Source: the human T2T-CHM13v2.0 reference genome, Homo sapiens
Assembly (NCBI RefSeq): GCF_009914755.1
Contig: NC_060926.1
Direction: 5' to 3' (one strand)
DNA: 64,000 nt
Below the pieces are notes generated by a model that saw nothing but the letters and a program-made list of their open reading frames with translations, was not told where the DNA came from and did not search any database. The translations under genes and the position numbers were made by a program. Positions 46,432-61,313 of this stretch are shown here, piece by piece (within the stretch, counting starts at the first letter, position 1; every line of letters starts with the position of its first letter).

Positions 46432-47713
46432 CTGAAAATGTAAAAGCCCATCAAAGAGTATTATTACCCCTTGATAAACCAGCTACCCACAGTGGTCAAT
46501 TACTAATGAACAGACCTCTTTCACCAATTAAAGTCACATGTTACCACTCAATTCCCAACATATTTAGTCTTTTTCTCCCAGTAGTCCATCTCACTACTGT
46601 CTAGCTAAACCTCTCCAACTAAGATGTTGTTTGTCTTTACTTAAAAAACAGTCTTTCTGGAGTCTGGTCAGTGGGGCCCAAAAAAGAAAATAAAATAAAA
46701 ATAATTTTTAAAATAAACAGTCTTTCACTAGAATGTTCTTTATATTAAAATCTTAAGCTCTGCTTTTTTTTTTTGAGATATGTCTTGCTCTGTTAACCTG
46801 CCAGAGTCCTGACTGACCTTCATTTGTTCATTCTCCTTGTGCAGTTCTTCAATGTTCTTTGCAAATGGATTTCACTAAAGTGAGTTCTGTCTATTAATGT
46901 CAGTAGGTATAAATGCCTGTCCATCTTTGGAGGGACTTTGGGAGATGATCTTATACCAAATGAACATGTTACATGCCTGTTGATAGGAGGCCTGATGCTT
47001 TATTTTCTCTAGAAAAAATAGATATTTCAATATTGTAAATTCCATTAAGGCATCCTGCTCCCCACCTCCTGATCCTCCATCCCCCACCCCCCATCACCAA
47101 CAAGCTTTAGTTTCCCTAACCTCTCAATCTGGCAAAGAAACAACATCCCAGACCTTTTTGGTAGGTAGTTGTCCAACTCTCTGTCCATTTTCTTCTTGGC
47201 AAAATGGGAGTAACTTAGCTTAAACTGAAAAAACATCGTCAGTCCTTGTATAAGGCATAAGTCCCTGAGTAATTTACATCATATCTCCTTTTTGGGCCTG
47301 GTAATTTACAAAATCAGCAACAGGGAGTAAAGTACCTCTTTTGATGAATCTATCAGCAGATGTGTTTGGAAAATGAGGAAATGATGTTGCTAACTTGCCA
47401 ACTGTATTTTGGCAGATAATGTAATAAGGTGACGTTTACTGCATTTCCTCTATTAAAGGAATACAGGCAAATTTTTTCCTTGGAATTAAAAATCTATATA
47501 TTACCCTAAAATCCTCCCAGAAATTTAAAACTGCTCCTTTCTTGCTTATAACTTTCCCTCATTTTCTTCCCAGCAGTGGAAGAGAAGTTTAAATCTTGTT
47601 TAAATCCACAGTGAACTTTTTATATTGTGAGGCTGGTTGGTAGGTGTTAATGTAAAATTAGTGTTCTGTCTGAAGCCACGTAAGATGATTCTGGTATAAA
47701 TATGGTAACTGCA

Positions 47714-48017
<304 letters not shown>

Positions 48018-48418
48018 CTACAGTGTCTACTGTGTTTTGCCATTATGTTTTCTTTTTTTTTTTCTTGGAGTCTTTGGAGAAAGATTAAAAGGCTTGGTGG
48101 CGTATGTATGTCTTGAATGCCAGACTGAGAAGTTTATAGTAACAGGCTGGTCTGAGAGGCGGTGTGTGTTTAAGTGTTTGAAGATGAGCCTGGCATTTGG
48201 ATATAAGGTACTTTAGAGAGCTCCAGTTGGGGCTGTTGGAATGGTTTTGATGTGGTGTGATGAGGACTTAGGAGTCTATGGCAGATCTGAGGGCCACCCT
48301 GGGATGTTGAGAGGTGAAACAGAGAAGATGCTTGAAGTTGGGGATTTTATTTTATTTTTTTGAGACAGGGTCTTTCCATACTACAGTGTTCTTTATACTA
48401 AAAACTTTAATCCCTCCA

Positions 48419-48631
48419 GGCCGGGTGTGGTGGCTCACACTTGTAATCCCAGAACTTTGGGAGGCCAAGACGAGCAGATCACCTGAGGCCAGGAGTTCGG
48501 GACCAGCCTGGCCAACATGGCGAAACCCCATCTCTACTAAAAATACAAAAATTGGCCAGCATAATGACATGCGCCTGTAATCCCGGGTACTCAGGAGGCT
48601 GAGGCAGGAGGATCATTTGAATCCGGGAGGT
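48419..48631 (+). mobile_element. Alu lacking its 3' end
   Basis: Left arm plus part of right arm, stops after ccgggagg with no tail. Confidence 0.9.
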
Positions 48632-50245
48632 GTCCTCTCTACCTTAGTAGGCACAGAGTACACTGTTATGAATTTAAAATATACCAGCCTGTGGATTATT
48701 ACTTGGCCAGTGAACTAATGGTATTCTATATCTGTTCAGAAACTTGTATTTTAAATTCCTTTAGAAGAGTCTCTGGAAGAGTTTTTAAGAGAAGAGAACA
48801 TCATAGGAATGCTTTTATAGATATGTATGTTTGTATAAGCTTCTAAGCCTCACTTAGATTCTCACTGACCCACAGGATAGGTTAGTTTCTCTCACCAGGA
48901 TGTGGAGGCTGGAGAGAGAAGTTGATGTCTCTGAGTTTGGTTACCCTTGTCCAGCACAAGACAAGTGACACCATACTGTACTGGTTATATTTTATTATAG
49001 CAAAACCTATTAAATTTTTTAAAGCCCATTATGATAAAATCCCCTAGGGACAAACAAAATGGAATGTAATTCATTTTTCAACCAATAAATATTTATTGAG
49101 TCCTATTAACCTTCATGCCAGTCTCTCGGCAGAGCCCCTGGATACATCTTTTAATACCTGCTCTACTGAAATCTCAGTATGAATCTCCATATAAAGCAAT
49201 TTCCATATAAAGCAATTCCATAAGTTTCTATATAAAGCAATTCAAGTAAAAAATAGTGAAACAAATGCCAGCATGTCTCTTTAATTATGGTAAATATTTA
49301 ATGTTTCCTTATAAAATAATTACAGCCTTAATAGAAACAAAACTGTTGAAAGTGTACCTGGATGACAATAATGGTTAAATATACACTTTAATAATTTAAA
49401 GTGATGAGTTGTTTTTTTTTCACAAAAGTTTAAGGTGGTAATGAAATCATTGGAATCCCTTTTACCAAAGTGAATTTTAAAAATTACATTTTCCCTCTTG
49501 CAATCATGTTTGTAGCATAAAGAAGCAATAAATGGGGGCGGGGAGTAAAGCTTGGGAACTATTCTATGTTAGGCTTGAGTAGTCTAGTGCAATGTCTGAT
49601 AAAGGAGGGGTTTGAATTTTGGTATGGAAGGCTTTCTAACACTGCACTATTTTAAAGAATAGCTCAGTGATATCAGTATTCAGTTACTTAACTAGGCACG
49701 AGGTACCAGATACAGAGAGATTGTGTAGAAGAATGAACACTGTTAACTACTGTCTCCTCTCCCCGTTTGCTGGATCTATCTATGGATAGGGTGCTGACCT
49801 CTAATTTACTGAAATAAAAGGAACATTGTTCCTGGAAATATTTATGAGGCATATTGCATCTTCTCCACGTTATGGATAAGATGGAAAGACATCTATACCT
49901 ATTGACATTAATAGACAGAACTCACTTTAGTGAAATCCATTTGCAAAGAACATTGAAGAACTGCACAAGGAGATGAAGAAATGAGGGTCACTCCCGCCTC
50001 TGGCAGGCTAACAGGATTTCTCTGGGTATTCGCTGCATTCCCTATCATCCCTCAGGACATTCATGTTCTATGACCAGGTCCAAGTTGCCTCACCATGAAA
50101 ATCAAACAATGGAGGCCTTTTCCCAATTCTTAGAAGGAAAAAAACTACTTAAATGTGACATATACTCTTTTTCCCATTAATTTCTCCAAACCCTAGCACA
50201 TACCACCACATGGTCAAACAAGAACTCACGGCAACAGAGAGTCAA

Positions 50246-50272
50246 ACACACACACACACACACACACACACA
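50246..50272. repeat. (CA)n microsatellite
   Basis: About 13 CA units. Confidence 0.9.
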
Positions 50273-50334
50273 TAATTTGTGTGTTTAAACAAAATTCTAG
50301 AAATATGACTCATTAAAATTTTTACATTATTAGA

Positions 50335-50627
50335 GCCAGGCGTGGTGGCTCATGCCTATAATCCCAAAACTCTGGAAGGCCTAGGTGGGTGGATCACTTG
50401 AGGCCAGGAGTTCGAGACCAGCCTGGCCAACATGGTGAAACCCCGTCTCTACTAAAAATACAAAAATTAGCCAGGTGTGGTGGTGTGCACCTGTAATCCT
50501 AGCTACTGGGGAGGCTGAGGCACAAGAATTGCCTTAACCCGGGAGGCAGAGGTTACAGTGGGCCGAGATTACACCACTGTACCCCAGCCTGGGCAACAGA
50601 GCAAGACTCCATCTCAAAAAAAAAAAA
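50335..50627 (+). mobile_element. AluS
   Basis: Two arms, poly-A; TSD-like tttttacattatt. Confidence 0.95.
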
Positions 50628-52098
50628 TTAAATTTTTTTTTACATTATTCAATGTTAAGATACGAAGAGCTTCACTACTTACAATAGAAATATATCTTCT
50701 GCTTGTTAAGATAATAGAAAGAGTGATAGCCCTCTCTCAGATGGCAGAAACAGTCATAGCCCAATTTTGTGGCACTCTAGAAGGCTCCCTAAAAGATGTT
50801 CCCTTTGAGCAAGTTTAAGTATCACCCACTAGTCTCTACTTGAATCCCTCAGCCCACCCACATCACATTCTGCAGGAAGTGATGAAAAGTCAGGGAGTTT
50901 AGGTTATGTAAGGCCTGTGGACCCATTGAGCCAAACTGCAAAATGTGCATCAGTGAGCTCCACAACCTCCCCAGCCCCAACCCACTGCAGGAAAGTGTCT
51001 GGGGATGGGGCAGCCAAGAGTTAGTCACTGGAACATGTCTGATGCTATAAAATGCTACCTGTGATACCCAGATCCCAGGTTCTTTTCTTCTGGGTTCTGA
51101 TCAAAACACAGTAGCCTGCCTGCGATGGAGCAACTAGAGGAAACAGGTTCCAGGTGTGGGAAGCCATGGGTTAAAAGGCAACTTGCCAAACTATGGGAAA
51201 TATTCTAGTTGACGCTGAAGCCTTAATGCTTGACTCTAATGGAGGAGTCACTCCATTTTCTCATAAAAATGCTAAGTAGATTTCTGCTTTCTCAAGAAGC
51301 TAAATCCTTTTGTGGCTTTATGACTTACTCCTACAACCAAGAGCTTCTTAAGCTATTAACAGCCAAGTGTCACAGCCTTAAAGATTTGCACCGTTTGCTC
51401 ATCTCAGGCATGCCCCCAGTCACAAATTCCTGCAAAATAAACCTTGGTTGGACAGATTGCAGAAAAACAAAAAGGAAAGAAAACATAAAACCTCATTATG
51501 GTTGACAAAGAACCTGTACAAAGCTTAAAGAGATCAATAAAATGATATAGGGTCAGATTCTGAAAAAAAAGAACAGATTTCACTATATGGTCACCTCTGG
51601 GAACCCTCTGACAAAATCAGAATCAGGCCTTCCAGTTTGATTGCTAAGTGCCCAGTGGCAGTAATTCAACCATTCCATCTCTCACACAAAATGCCTGAGC
51701 CCCAGAGCTAACTCTGGGTGAGTCTGACAATGGTACCACCCAATTTATAAAGTAAAGAGACAAGCTGGCCAATTTGGCACAAGGAAGAAAGCCTTTCCAT
51801 TTGACCATTGCAGCTGGTGGGCCAGTGTAGTCATTTGCTGCTCTATAAGGGTCCCCCATGACACTATTAAGGCATATTACCCTTTCCAAACATCTTTTGC
51901 TTCAAAAGATTCCAGTCCCACTCTGCAATAAAACTGAGCATATTTCTATTTAAATTAACTGTCTCAATTTGAAAGCAATTTGGTTTTATTTAATTCAAAG
52001 ATTTCCCTAAATGCTATCAAAATAGCAACCAAAATTGGCTTTCAAATTCTTTAAAGAGTATCTAAGGACAGAAAGAATTTTTTACCTACTTCTTCTAC

Positions 52099-52372
52099 TT
52101 TTTTTTTTCTTTTTTTTTTTTAAGAGACAGGGCTTTGCCCTGTCACCCAGGCTGGAGTGCAGTAGCAAGATCATATCTCACTGCAGCCTCAATCTCCTGG
52201 GCCCAATTGATCCTCCTGTCTCAGCCTCCCCAGTAGCTAGGACTACAAGGACGCCACAATGTCTGGCTAATTTTTTTTTTAATTTTTTGTAGAGATGGGG
52301 GTCTCGCTATGTTGTCCAGGCTGGTCCTGAACTCATGACCTCAAGTGATCCTCTCACCTGGGCCTCCCAAAT
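52099..52372 (-). mobile_element. AluJ, 5'-truncated
   Basis: cactgcagcctcaatctcctggg; ends ggcctcccaaa. Confidence 0.9.
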
Positions 52373-52599
52373 ACCTTTTTAAATGCTTCTCTTTACTTCT
52401 CCCAGGAATATTAACTTAATTTTTAATGTAATTTTTTTTTGCTTATGAAACTGTACGAATTGGTTTCTATTCAAACTGTCGAAAAATATGTACCTTTGGT
52501 AAGCATGAAAAAAGGCCACAGAATGAAAAATCTCTAAGATCCCTTACAGTTTCAAAATTCCTTTATCCTGCTAGATCCCTTTTTAAAAGAATTTATCCA

Positions 52600-53005
52600 A
52601 CGGTATAACATTCTGGAAAAGATAAAACTACGGAGATAGAAAAAGGATCAGTGGTTGCCAGGGGTTAGGGGGTAAGCAGGCATGAGCAGGCAGAGCATGC
52701 AGGATTTTCAGGGCAGTGAAACTACTCCGTATGGCCCTATAATGGTGGATACATGTCATTATACATTTGTCAAAACCCACAGAACGTACAACACCAAGAG
52801 TGAACCCTGTCAACTATGGACTTTGGGTGATGATGTGTCAATGCAGGTTCATCGATGGTAACAAATGTACCACTCTAGTGGGGATGGTGACAGTGGGAGA
52901 GGCTGGTTGTGGGGACAGGGGTATATGGAACTCTCTGTACTTTCTGCTCAATTTTGCTGTGAACATAAAATTGCCCTAAAAATTAAAGTCTATTTTTTAA
53001 AAAAG
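52600..53005 (+). mobile_element. L1MB/L1MC-type 3'UTR end
   Basis: cattctggaaaa...atcagtggttgccagggg...gtaacaaatgtaccactct...tatatggaactctctgtactttctgctcaatttt. Confidence 0.8.
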
Positions 53006-53150
53006 TATACCTTCTAGATGTTCTAAATAATATCATGTATCCTCCAACTGATTAAAAAAAATGGGTAAAAGTATGAAGGAAGAGATTAATTCTCCTGCAG
53101 CCAGAAAAGAAAAGTGTAAGAAAAAGCTGCTGCACTGTAGGAGCTGCCTT

Positions 53151-53160
53151 GTGACGTCAC
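53151..53160. promoter_or_regulatory. Full palindromic CRE (CREB/ATF) motif
   Basis: GTGACGTCAC in non-repeat sequence; motif match only. Confidence 0.35.
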
Positions 53161-53449
53161 AGAATACTTGGCAGAGAGGACGTGTGTTTCTGTTTGTTCT
53201 AGAGATGAGCAAGAGAGGAACAAGCAACACTAGTCATCAGACTAGTATTCTCTCCAAAGAACCGTTTTTAATGCTGTTGAACACTACACAGAAAAGCCAA
53301 ACAAATCCATTCAACACACAGACAACCACACATCATTGTGAAGTTTATATCTAGATCTTTTACCCTGTTTTTTGTAAAGTAACTGCTGAGATATAATACC
53401 TATTTTCTATTTAGGAGATCTGGGGACTTCTTAGCTAATTCAGGAATTA

Positions 53450-53824
<375 letters not shown>

Positions 53825-54054
53825 TTAGGGTTTGCCCAAAAATCAGTTATAAAAGGAGGATCTGGGTCTTTAGATATGAGAAATTAGCTTTCAAATACCA
53901 TGATATTCTAAGCAAATGTTCAAATCCAATGAGAAACACTGTTACTTACATCCAGCTATTCAACCAGTTGCACAGAGTGGAATATAAGGAAAAGCACATA
54001 GAAACTTCATTCACTACATCTGAGAGGAAACTTCATGGGCGGTATATAAAGTTT

Positions 54055-54935
54055 CACAGATGCTGGTGAGGATGCAGAGAAAAGGAAACTCTTATATGCT
54101 GTTGTTGGGAATGTATACAACCTCCATACAACCACTATGGAGAACAGCATGGCAATCTCTCAAAGAAAAAAACACATATAAATAACTTCTATATGACCTA
54201 GCAATCCCACTGTTGGGCATCAGTCCAAAGGAAAAGAAACCACTATGTAAAAGGGATAGCTGCACATGCAAGTTTATCACAGCACTATTCACAAGAGCAA
54301 AGTTATGGAATCTAAGTGTCCATCAACAGATGAATGGATAAAGAAAATGTGATATATATATACACATACACACGTGATATATATATATACACATATACAC
54401 ACACATATACACATACACACACACACACCATGGAATACTATTCAGCCGTAAAAAACAATGAAATCATGTCACTTGCAGCAACATGGATAAAACTGGAGGT
54501 CATAATGTTAAGTAAAATAAGCCAGGCACAGAAAGACAAATACCATATGTTCTCATTCACATATGGGAGCTAAAAAACTTGAAATCATGGACCCAGAGGA
54601 TAGAATAACAGATACCAGAGGCTGAGAAGGATAAGTGGGTGGGAGGAGGATATGAAGAGAGGTTGGTTAATGGGTACTAACATACAGTTTAGGTAGAAGA
54701 AATAAATTGTAAGTCTGGTAGCAGACTAGGGTAATTATACCTAGCAACAATATTTTGTATATTTCAAAGTAACTAGAAGAGAGGCTCTAAGTGATACCAA
54801 CGTATAGAAATGATAAATACTCAAAGTGATGAATACCCCCAAATACACTGGTTTGGTCATTACACATCCTATGTATGTCTCACTCATATAGACTCCATAA
54901 ATATGTAAAATATTATGTATCAGTAAAGAAAAAAT
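54055..54935 (+). mobile_element. L1MA-type 3' fragment
   Basis: agatgctggtgaggatgcagagaaaagg...atggaatactattcagcc...taagccaggcacagaaagacaaatacc. Confidence 0.85.
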
Positions 54936-54959
54936 ACCAAAAAACTCACAAACATTACT

Positions 54960-55590
54960 ACATAAATATTAGTATAGCTAAAATTTAAAAGACTGCTAAT
55001 TCCAAGTGTTGACAAGGATGTGGAGAAACTAACCCATATGTATTGTTGGGGGAGTGTGAAATGGTACGACCACTTTGAAAAACAGTTTGTCAGTTTCTTA
55101 TAAACATGCACTTATCAGGTATTATACAAGAGAAATTTCTTTATGTTTAAAGAAAAGACTTGCACATAATTATTCATAATAGATAAATGTGGGTACAACC
55201 CAAATTTCCATCAACAGATGAATGGATGAAAAATTATGGTATAGCCAGACATTGGAACACTATTTAGCAATAAGAAAGATTTTATCTCCTTATACACAAA
55301 ACATGAACGAATCTCAAAATCCTTATGCTGAGCAAAAGAAGCCAGAAACTAAAGAGGACAAACTGTATGATTCCATTTGTGTGAAATTCATCTGTAGTAA
55401 CAGACAGCAGATCAGTATTTGCCTAGGATGTAAAGTAGGGAAGACAAAGAAGCAGAATAGAACTCTTTGGGGGTGATAGAATCATTCCATATCTTGATTA
55501 TGGGGGTGATTACACAGGTAACTTTTGTCAAAACACATCTACATGTCATTAAAATGGATGCATGCCATTTCATGTAAACTATCCACAATA
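54960..55590 (+). mobile_element. L1ME-type fragment
   Basis: ccaagtgttgacaaggatgtggagaaact...ccactttgaaaaacagttt...gaatctcaaaa...tgtatgattccattt. Confidence 0.7.
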
Positions 55591-55597
55591 TGGTCAA

Positions 55598-55852
55598 TTT
55601 TTCTCTTTTTTTTTTTTTTGAGACGGAGTCTCTATCACCCAGGCTGAGTGCAGTGGCGTGATCTCGGCTCACTGCAACCTCCTGGGTTCAAGCAATTCTC
55701 CTAACCTCAGCCTCCCAAGTAGCTGAGATTACAGGTGCCCGCCACCACGCCTGGCTAATATTTGTATTTTAGGAGAGACGGGGTTTCACTATGTTGGCCA
55801 GGCTGGTCTCGAACTCCTGACTTCAAGTGATCTGCCCGCCTCAGCCTCCCAA
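55598..55852 (-). mobile_element. AluS, 5'-truncated
   Basis: Poly-T, gagacggagtctc ... gcctcagcctcccaa. Confidence 0.92.
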
Positions 55853-55921
55853 TAGTCTATTTTTCAAAAAGAAAAAATAAAATGAATAGGTGGGGCACTG
55901 TGGCTCATGCCTATAATCCCA

Positions 55922-56200
55922 GGTTGTACTAATTTACATTCCCACCAACAGTGTAAAAGTGTTTCCTTTTCACCACATCCACACCAACATCTATTGTGTT
56001 GCAACTTTTTAATTACGGCTATTCTTGCAGGAGTAAGGTGGTATCTCATTGTGGTTTTAATTTGCATTTCCCTGATGGTTAGTGATGTTGAGCATTTTTT
56101 CATATGTTTGTGGGCTGTTTGTATATCTTCTTTTGAGAAATGTCTATTCACTTCTTGATGGGATTATTTTTTTTTATTGCTGATTCACTTGAGTTTCCTG
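55922..56200 (-). mobile_element. L1 ORF2 3' fragment, abutting a ~35-bp Alu head (55888-55921, +)
   Basis: ORF track [41 protein letters not shown]. Confidence 0.85.
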
Positions 56201-56515
56201 GTGTCAAAGAAAAGACCAGTTGAAAACCAGGAGATTCGAAGTCAGAACTTTTAACTCCCTCTGTATCATCCCAGCAATAAGCCATGTTCTTCACAAATAC
56301 ACAAACTCATTTTAAAAAGAAAGAGCCTCATCAACAGATCAAGAAATTCATTCCAAATAAGCATGCTTTACTTTGCATGTATTATTACTAATTTATCAAA
56401 TTTTATATTTGTTTTGATACATTGTTAATAATCATTGGAAACTCAATCCAGAAATTTATTTAACTCTTAGCATCTCAGGATCACATTTCTATTACAAAGC
56501 ATTGTAAGATAATCA

Positions 56516-57312
<797 letters not shown>

Positions 57313-57413
57313 AAATTCTGCATGAGAAAGTGGAATAGAAGTATAAGCTCAAGGAGAAAAAGGAACAATGTAAAATTTCCAACTATCGAATAATGCTTGC
57401 TCATGTATTTTTT

Positions 57414-58164
57414 TTAAATTATACTTTAAGTTCTAGGGTACATGTGCACAATGTGCAGGTTTGATACATATGTATACATGTGCCATGTTGGCTTGCTGCA
57501 CCCATTAACTCGTCATTTACATTAGGTATTTCTCCAAATGCTATCCCTCCCCCATCCCACCACCCCACGACAGGCCCCAGTGTGTGATGTTCCCTGCTCT
57601 GTGTCCAAGTGATCTCATTGTTCAATTCCCACCTATGAGTGAGAACATGCAGTGTTTGCTCTTCTGTCCCTGTGATAGTTTGCTGAGGATGATGGTTTCC
57701 ACCTCCATCCATGTCCCTGCAAAGGACATGAACTCATCCCTTTTTTATGGCTGCATAGTATTCTACTGTGTATATGTGCCACATTTTCTTAATCCAGTCT
57801 ATCAGTGATGGACATTTGAATTGGTTCCAAGTCTTTGCTATTGTGAATAGTGCCACAATAAACATATGTGTGCATGTGTCTTTATAGTAGAATGATTCAT
57901 AATCCTTTGGATATATACCCAGTAATGGGATTGCTGGGTCAAATAGTATTTCTAGTTCTAGATTCTTGAGAGATCGCCACACTGTCTTCCACAATGGTTG
58001 AACTAACTTACACTCCCACCAACAGTGTAAAAGCATTCCTATTTATCCACATCCTCTCCAGCACCTGCGGTTTCCTGACTTTTTAATGATCGCCATTCTA
58101 ACTGGCATGAGATGGTGTCTCATTGTGGTTTTGATTTGCATTTATCTGATGACCAGTGATGATG
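57414..58164 (-). mobile_element. 5'-truncated L1PA (~750 bp)
   Basis: ttatactttaagttctagggtacatgtgcac 3' end; ORF2 peptide [18 protein letters not shown]; TSD ttgctcatgtatttttt. Confidence 0.96.
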
Positions 58165-60014
58165 TTGCTCATGTATTTTTTAAGTGAAGGTGGGACACTC
58201 AAATCACAATAGTGTTTAAATTCCATTCAACACATTTTAAACAGTGATATAATGTTTCCATTTTAAAAGTCAACATTTGTATTATGCCAGGAATTACATC
58301 CTTTGTATCTTTCCAACTTTGTGATGAAAAACTTTAGATGTCAACCCCCCAAAAAATGTGCAAGGGAATACATAGCGTATAAAAATCTTTTGGTGGTAGG
58401 GGTTGGGGATAAAAAATGTTGCCATGAGCTACTTGTAAGCATCAGTAGATGGCCCAGCATGGCCATCCTCTCAGTCCACCCAGGATCGGTGATGGAAATC
58501 ACACTCTGCCTCCTTTGGGCCCTACTTAGCAAGATGCTTTAAACCAAGAGTGCACATTAACAGTGACTTCCTGTGCAAGTCTTTAAAGAGCTGTCCCAGT
58601 TAAAGCCTGTCCAAAATCTCCACAGTACAAAAAAATGGTGAGTAAAACATTTCTTCCCATACTGTTTCCTTGACTGGAGAAGTTGTCCCAGATCTGTTCA
58701 TGTCATGACACACTAAGCCATCAGCCACACATTCTTGACTATACATATTTATCAAGACACCAAGAAGAAAAAATCCACCAAACAAATATTAGCAATATTT
58801 TATATCACCAATCTTTTTACTAGGGTTATTTACATAACCAAAAATTAATCACTTCCTGTCCTTCCTCTGTTCATGGTAAAGATCCCAAGAGGAGAAAAAG
58901 AAGGTAGATAAAGTAGATAAAAGAAGGGAAGGATGGTGAAGGAAAAAACACAGCAGCAGAGACTGGCACTACATCATTCACTTATTCAATAGTCACTGCT
59001 AATCTACTACTACTGAGTTAACCAGAGTCTTAGATACTAAAAAGTTGGGGTACAAACATTTTCCCCCAGAAGTGAAGAGAAATTCAGTGGCTTAGCTCCA
59101 ACCTTCCCAAGACACACACTAATCAAGGGGCTAAAAATGGACTGAAACCAGAAGTGAGAGCCTCAATGAAGAAACTTTCCCCACTCCATGTAAGCAGGAA
59201 AATGAAAGAGTTCATTAAACATATCTGCATTTACACACATCTAAAGATTAGGCAGTGCTGTGACAAATGTTCCCTTCAGATGGCCAATCTTAAATACATC
59301 TCACAAAATTCTAAAAAAAGAAAACAAAGCATATTAGAGAGGAATTTTGGGGATGAGGGCATGGGAAAGCCTTAGTATTTCAGGATTATTACCAGTCACA
59401 AGTGTTTTCAAATAAGAATGAAGTTCCACGGTCTTCTGTGTATCACAAAGATCTTTACCCACAGGGGAACGATGAGGCAATATCCTTATGGCCTTGCACA
59501 CAATGGGCTCCTTCTTCTAGACCAGCTTAGAAGTGGGTGATACATTCTAATCTGGATAATGCAGATGATACGATACTAGAACCACATGATAATTACCCAG
59601 GCGGCAGCCTTCAGCATTCTATCACAGGGTGTTTATACAGCATTTTAGGCTGTATCCTAAATATAACTGCAGAAATGACACGTGATTTTATAAGTGCTGT
59701 TTAAGAACAGGATAGGCAAATGAAATGCACCTCAGACTGAGCCAGAAAAAATAAGAGCTCTACCTCCACTAACAATCAACAAGCAAAGTAACAGCCACTG
59801 GCCTCGGTTTCTCCCTATGAAAAATGGGGATTCTAATGCTCATCTCCTGTCTTCACCAGACAATTTATAATATTGTTCAGAAAATGCTGGAGGTCCCAGA
59901 CAGCTTAGGTACTCGGTCACTGTCCATGTTTTCTAAAGTTGTACACTACATTAATTTCTTTACAAATCTTTTAAACAAGTTTCTTTAGTCTTAATTCTCT
60001 CTGAAGGATAGAGA

Positions 60015-60118
60015 AAAGGAGGTCAGTCAACACGTGTCATCTTTCATATAGAAGTTAGTTTCACTTCTGAGAAAAGTGAACCTTTATATGAAAGATGACA
60101 TGTTGACTGACCTCCTTT
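60015..60118. repeat. Near-perfect inverted repeat (hairpin)
   Basis: 60015-60032 pairs with 60101-60118 (18 bp), 60035-60050 with 60085-60100 (16 bp), inner 60060-60066 with 60074-60080 (7 bp). Confidence 0.93.
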
Positions 60119-61004
60119 CTGGCCTCGCTAACCAGTTCAAGGTGCCCATCTTCATCCAAGATCAAACAGAACTCCAGGCCTAGGAGGAGTTTCATAATAA
60201 CTCAAATGACTCTGGAAGTACAAGAGCAAGAGTCAGATGCTCTTTATAATTCTAATGAAATGAACACTGGAAACCACACACACACATATTTTCATTCTCT
60301 CTCTGTCTCTCTGCACCACCCCTCCGCCCCAACACACACACAAACTTATAACCCACACAGAAATTACCAGACTTAGCTTCAGAGAGAACCTTCTAGAATA
60401 ATGAGCAACATTAGATTAGTAGACAGCTTTAAGATTTATTTTTAATTGTATAATTTCCATTTGTAATACTTGACCTTTAAACTGTGTTTGCTTAAAATTA
60501 GCCTCCTACAAAATTAAGGCTATTTCCATCCCCATATTAATCTAGAGTCTCTACTTGGGGAATAGAAAATATTAAGATTTCTGTTTTGCTCTCATATATA
60601 AGAAGTAAAGATCTCTCTTCCCCCATCTTGGCTCTTTGAGTGCATCAAAAGTACATATTAACTGTTTCTGAGTCCACATCTGGAGTTTAAAAATCCTATA
60701 GAAAAGGCAAGTGATTTAAAATATAAACATATGGCTTCCTTCTCTACAGTGATTCCTAGGCAGAGGGAAAAAAAAGTTGAGTACAAACAAAACTATTGTT
60801 TTAAGGAGGATTGTTTCTAATTGAAAGCATACCAAAAAAGCTAACTAAGCTTCTACTTTCTCCTGGAGAAAATAATAAAAGCAAGAATTCCCACCTCAAT
60901 CTAATTAAATCTAGATCAAAGTGCAACTTAGGTAACACTAGGACTGTAAGAGTGTAGCACTCGATTTCTGAAGAGGATGGCCCCAAGTCTGCCCTTGAGT
61001 TAGA

Positions 61005-61313
61005 GCAAGAGGTTGGCAAATTTTTTCCTGTAAAAGGCCAGATAATAAATATTTTCAGCTTTGCTGACCCTATAGTCTTTGCCACAACTACTCAACTCTG
61101 CTGTTGTAGCGCCCATAGACAAGACGTAAACAAATAATACAACTTTATTTATGGACAAAGAAATTAGAATTTTGTTTAATTTTTATGTGTTGCAAAGTAT
61201 TATCCTTTTGATCCTTTTCAATCACTTAATATAAAAACTATCCTTGGCTCACGGGCCATTTAAAGCAGGCAGCAGGCCATATGTGTCCTGTGGATAGTAG
61301 TCTGCAACCCCTG
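61005..61313. mobile_element. MER58-type hAT-Charlie element
   Basis: gttggcaaattttttcctgtaaaaggccagataataaatatttt...caactactcaactctgctgttgtagc...tagtctgcaacccctg. Confidence 0.85.
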
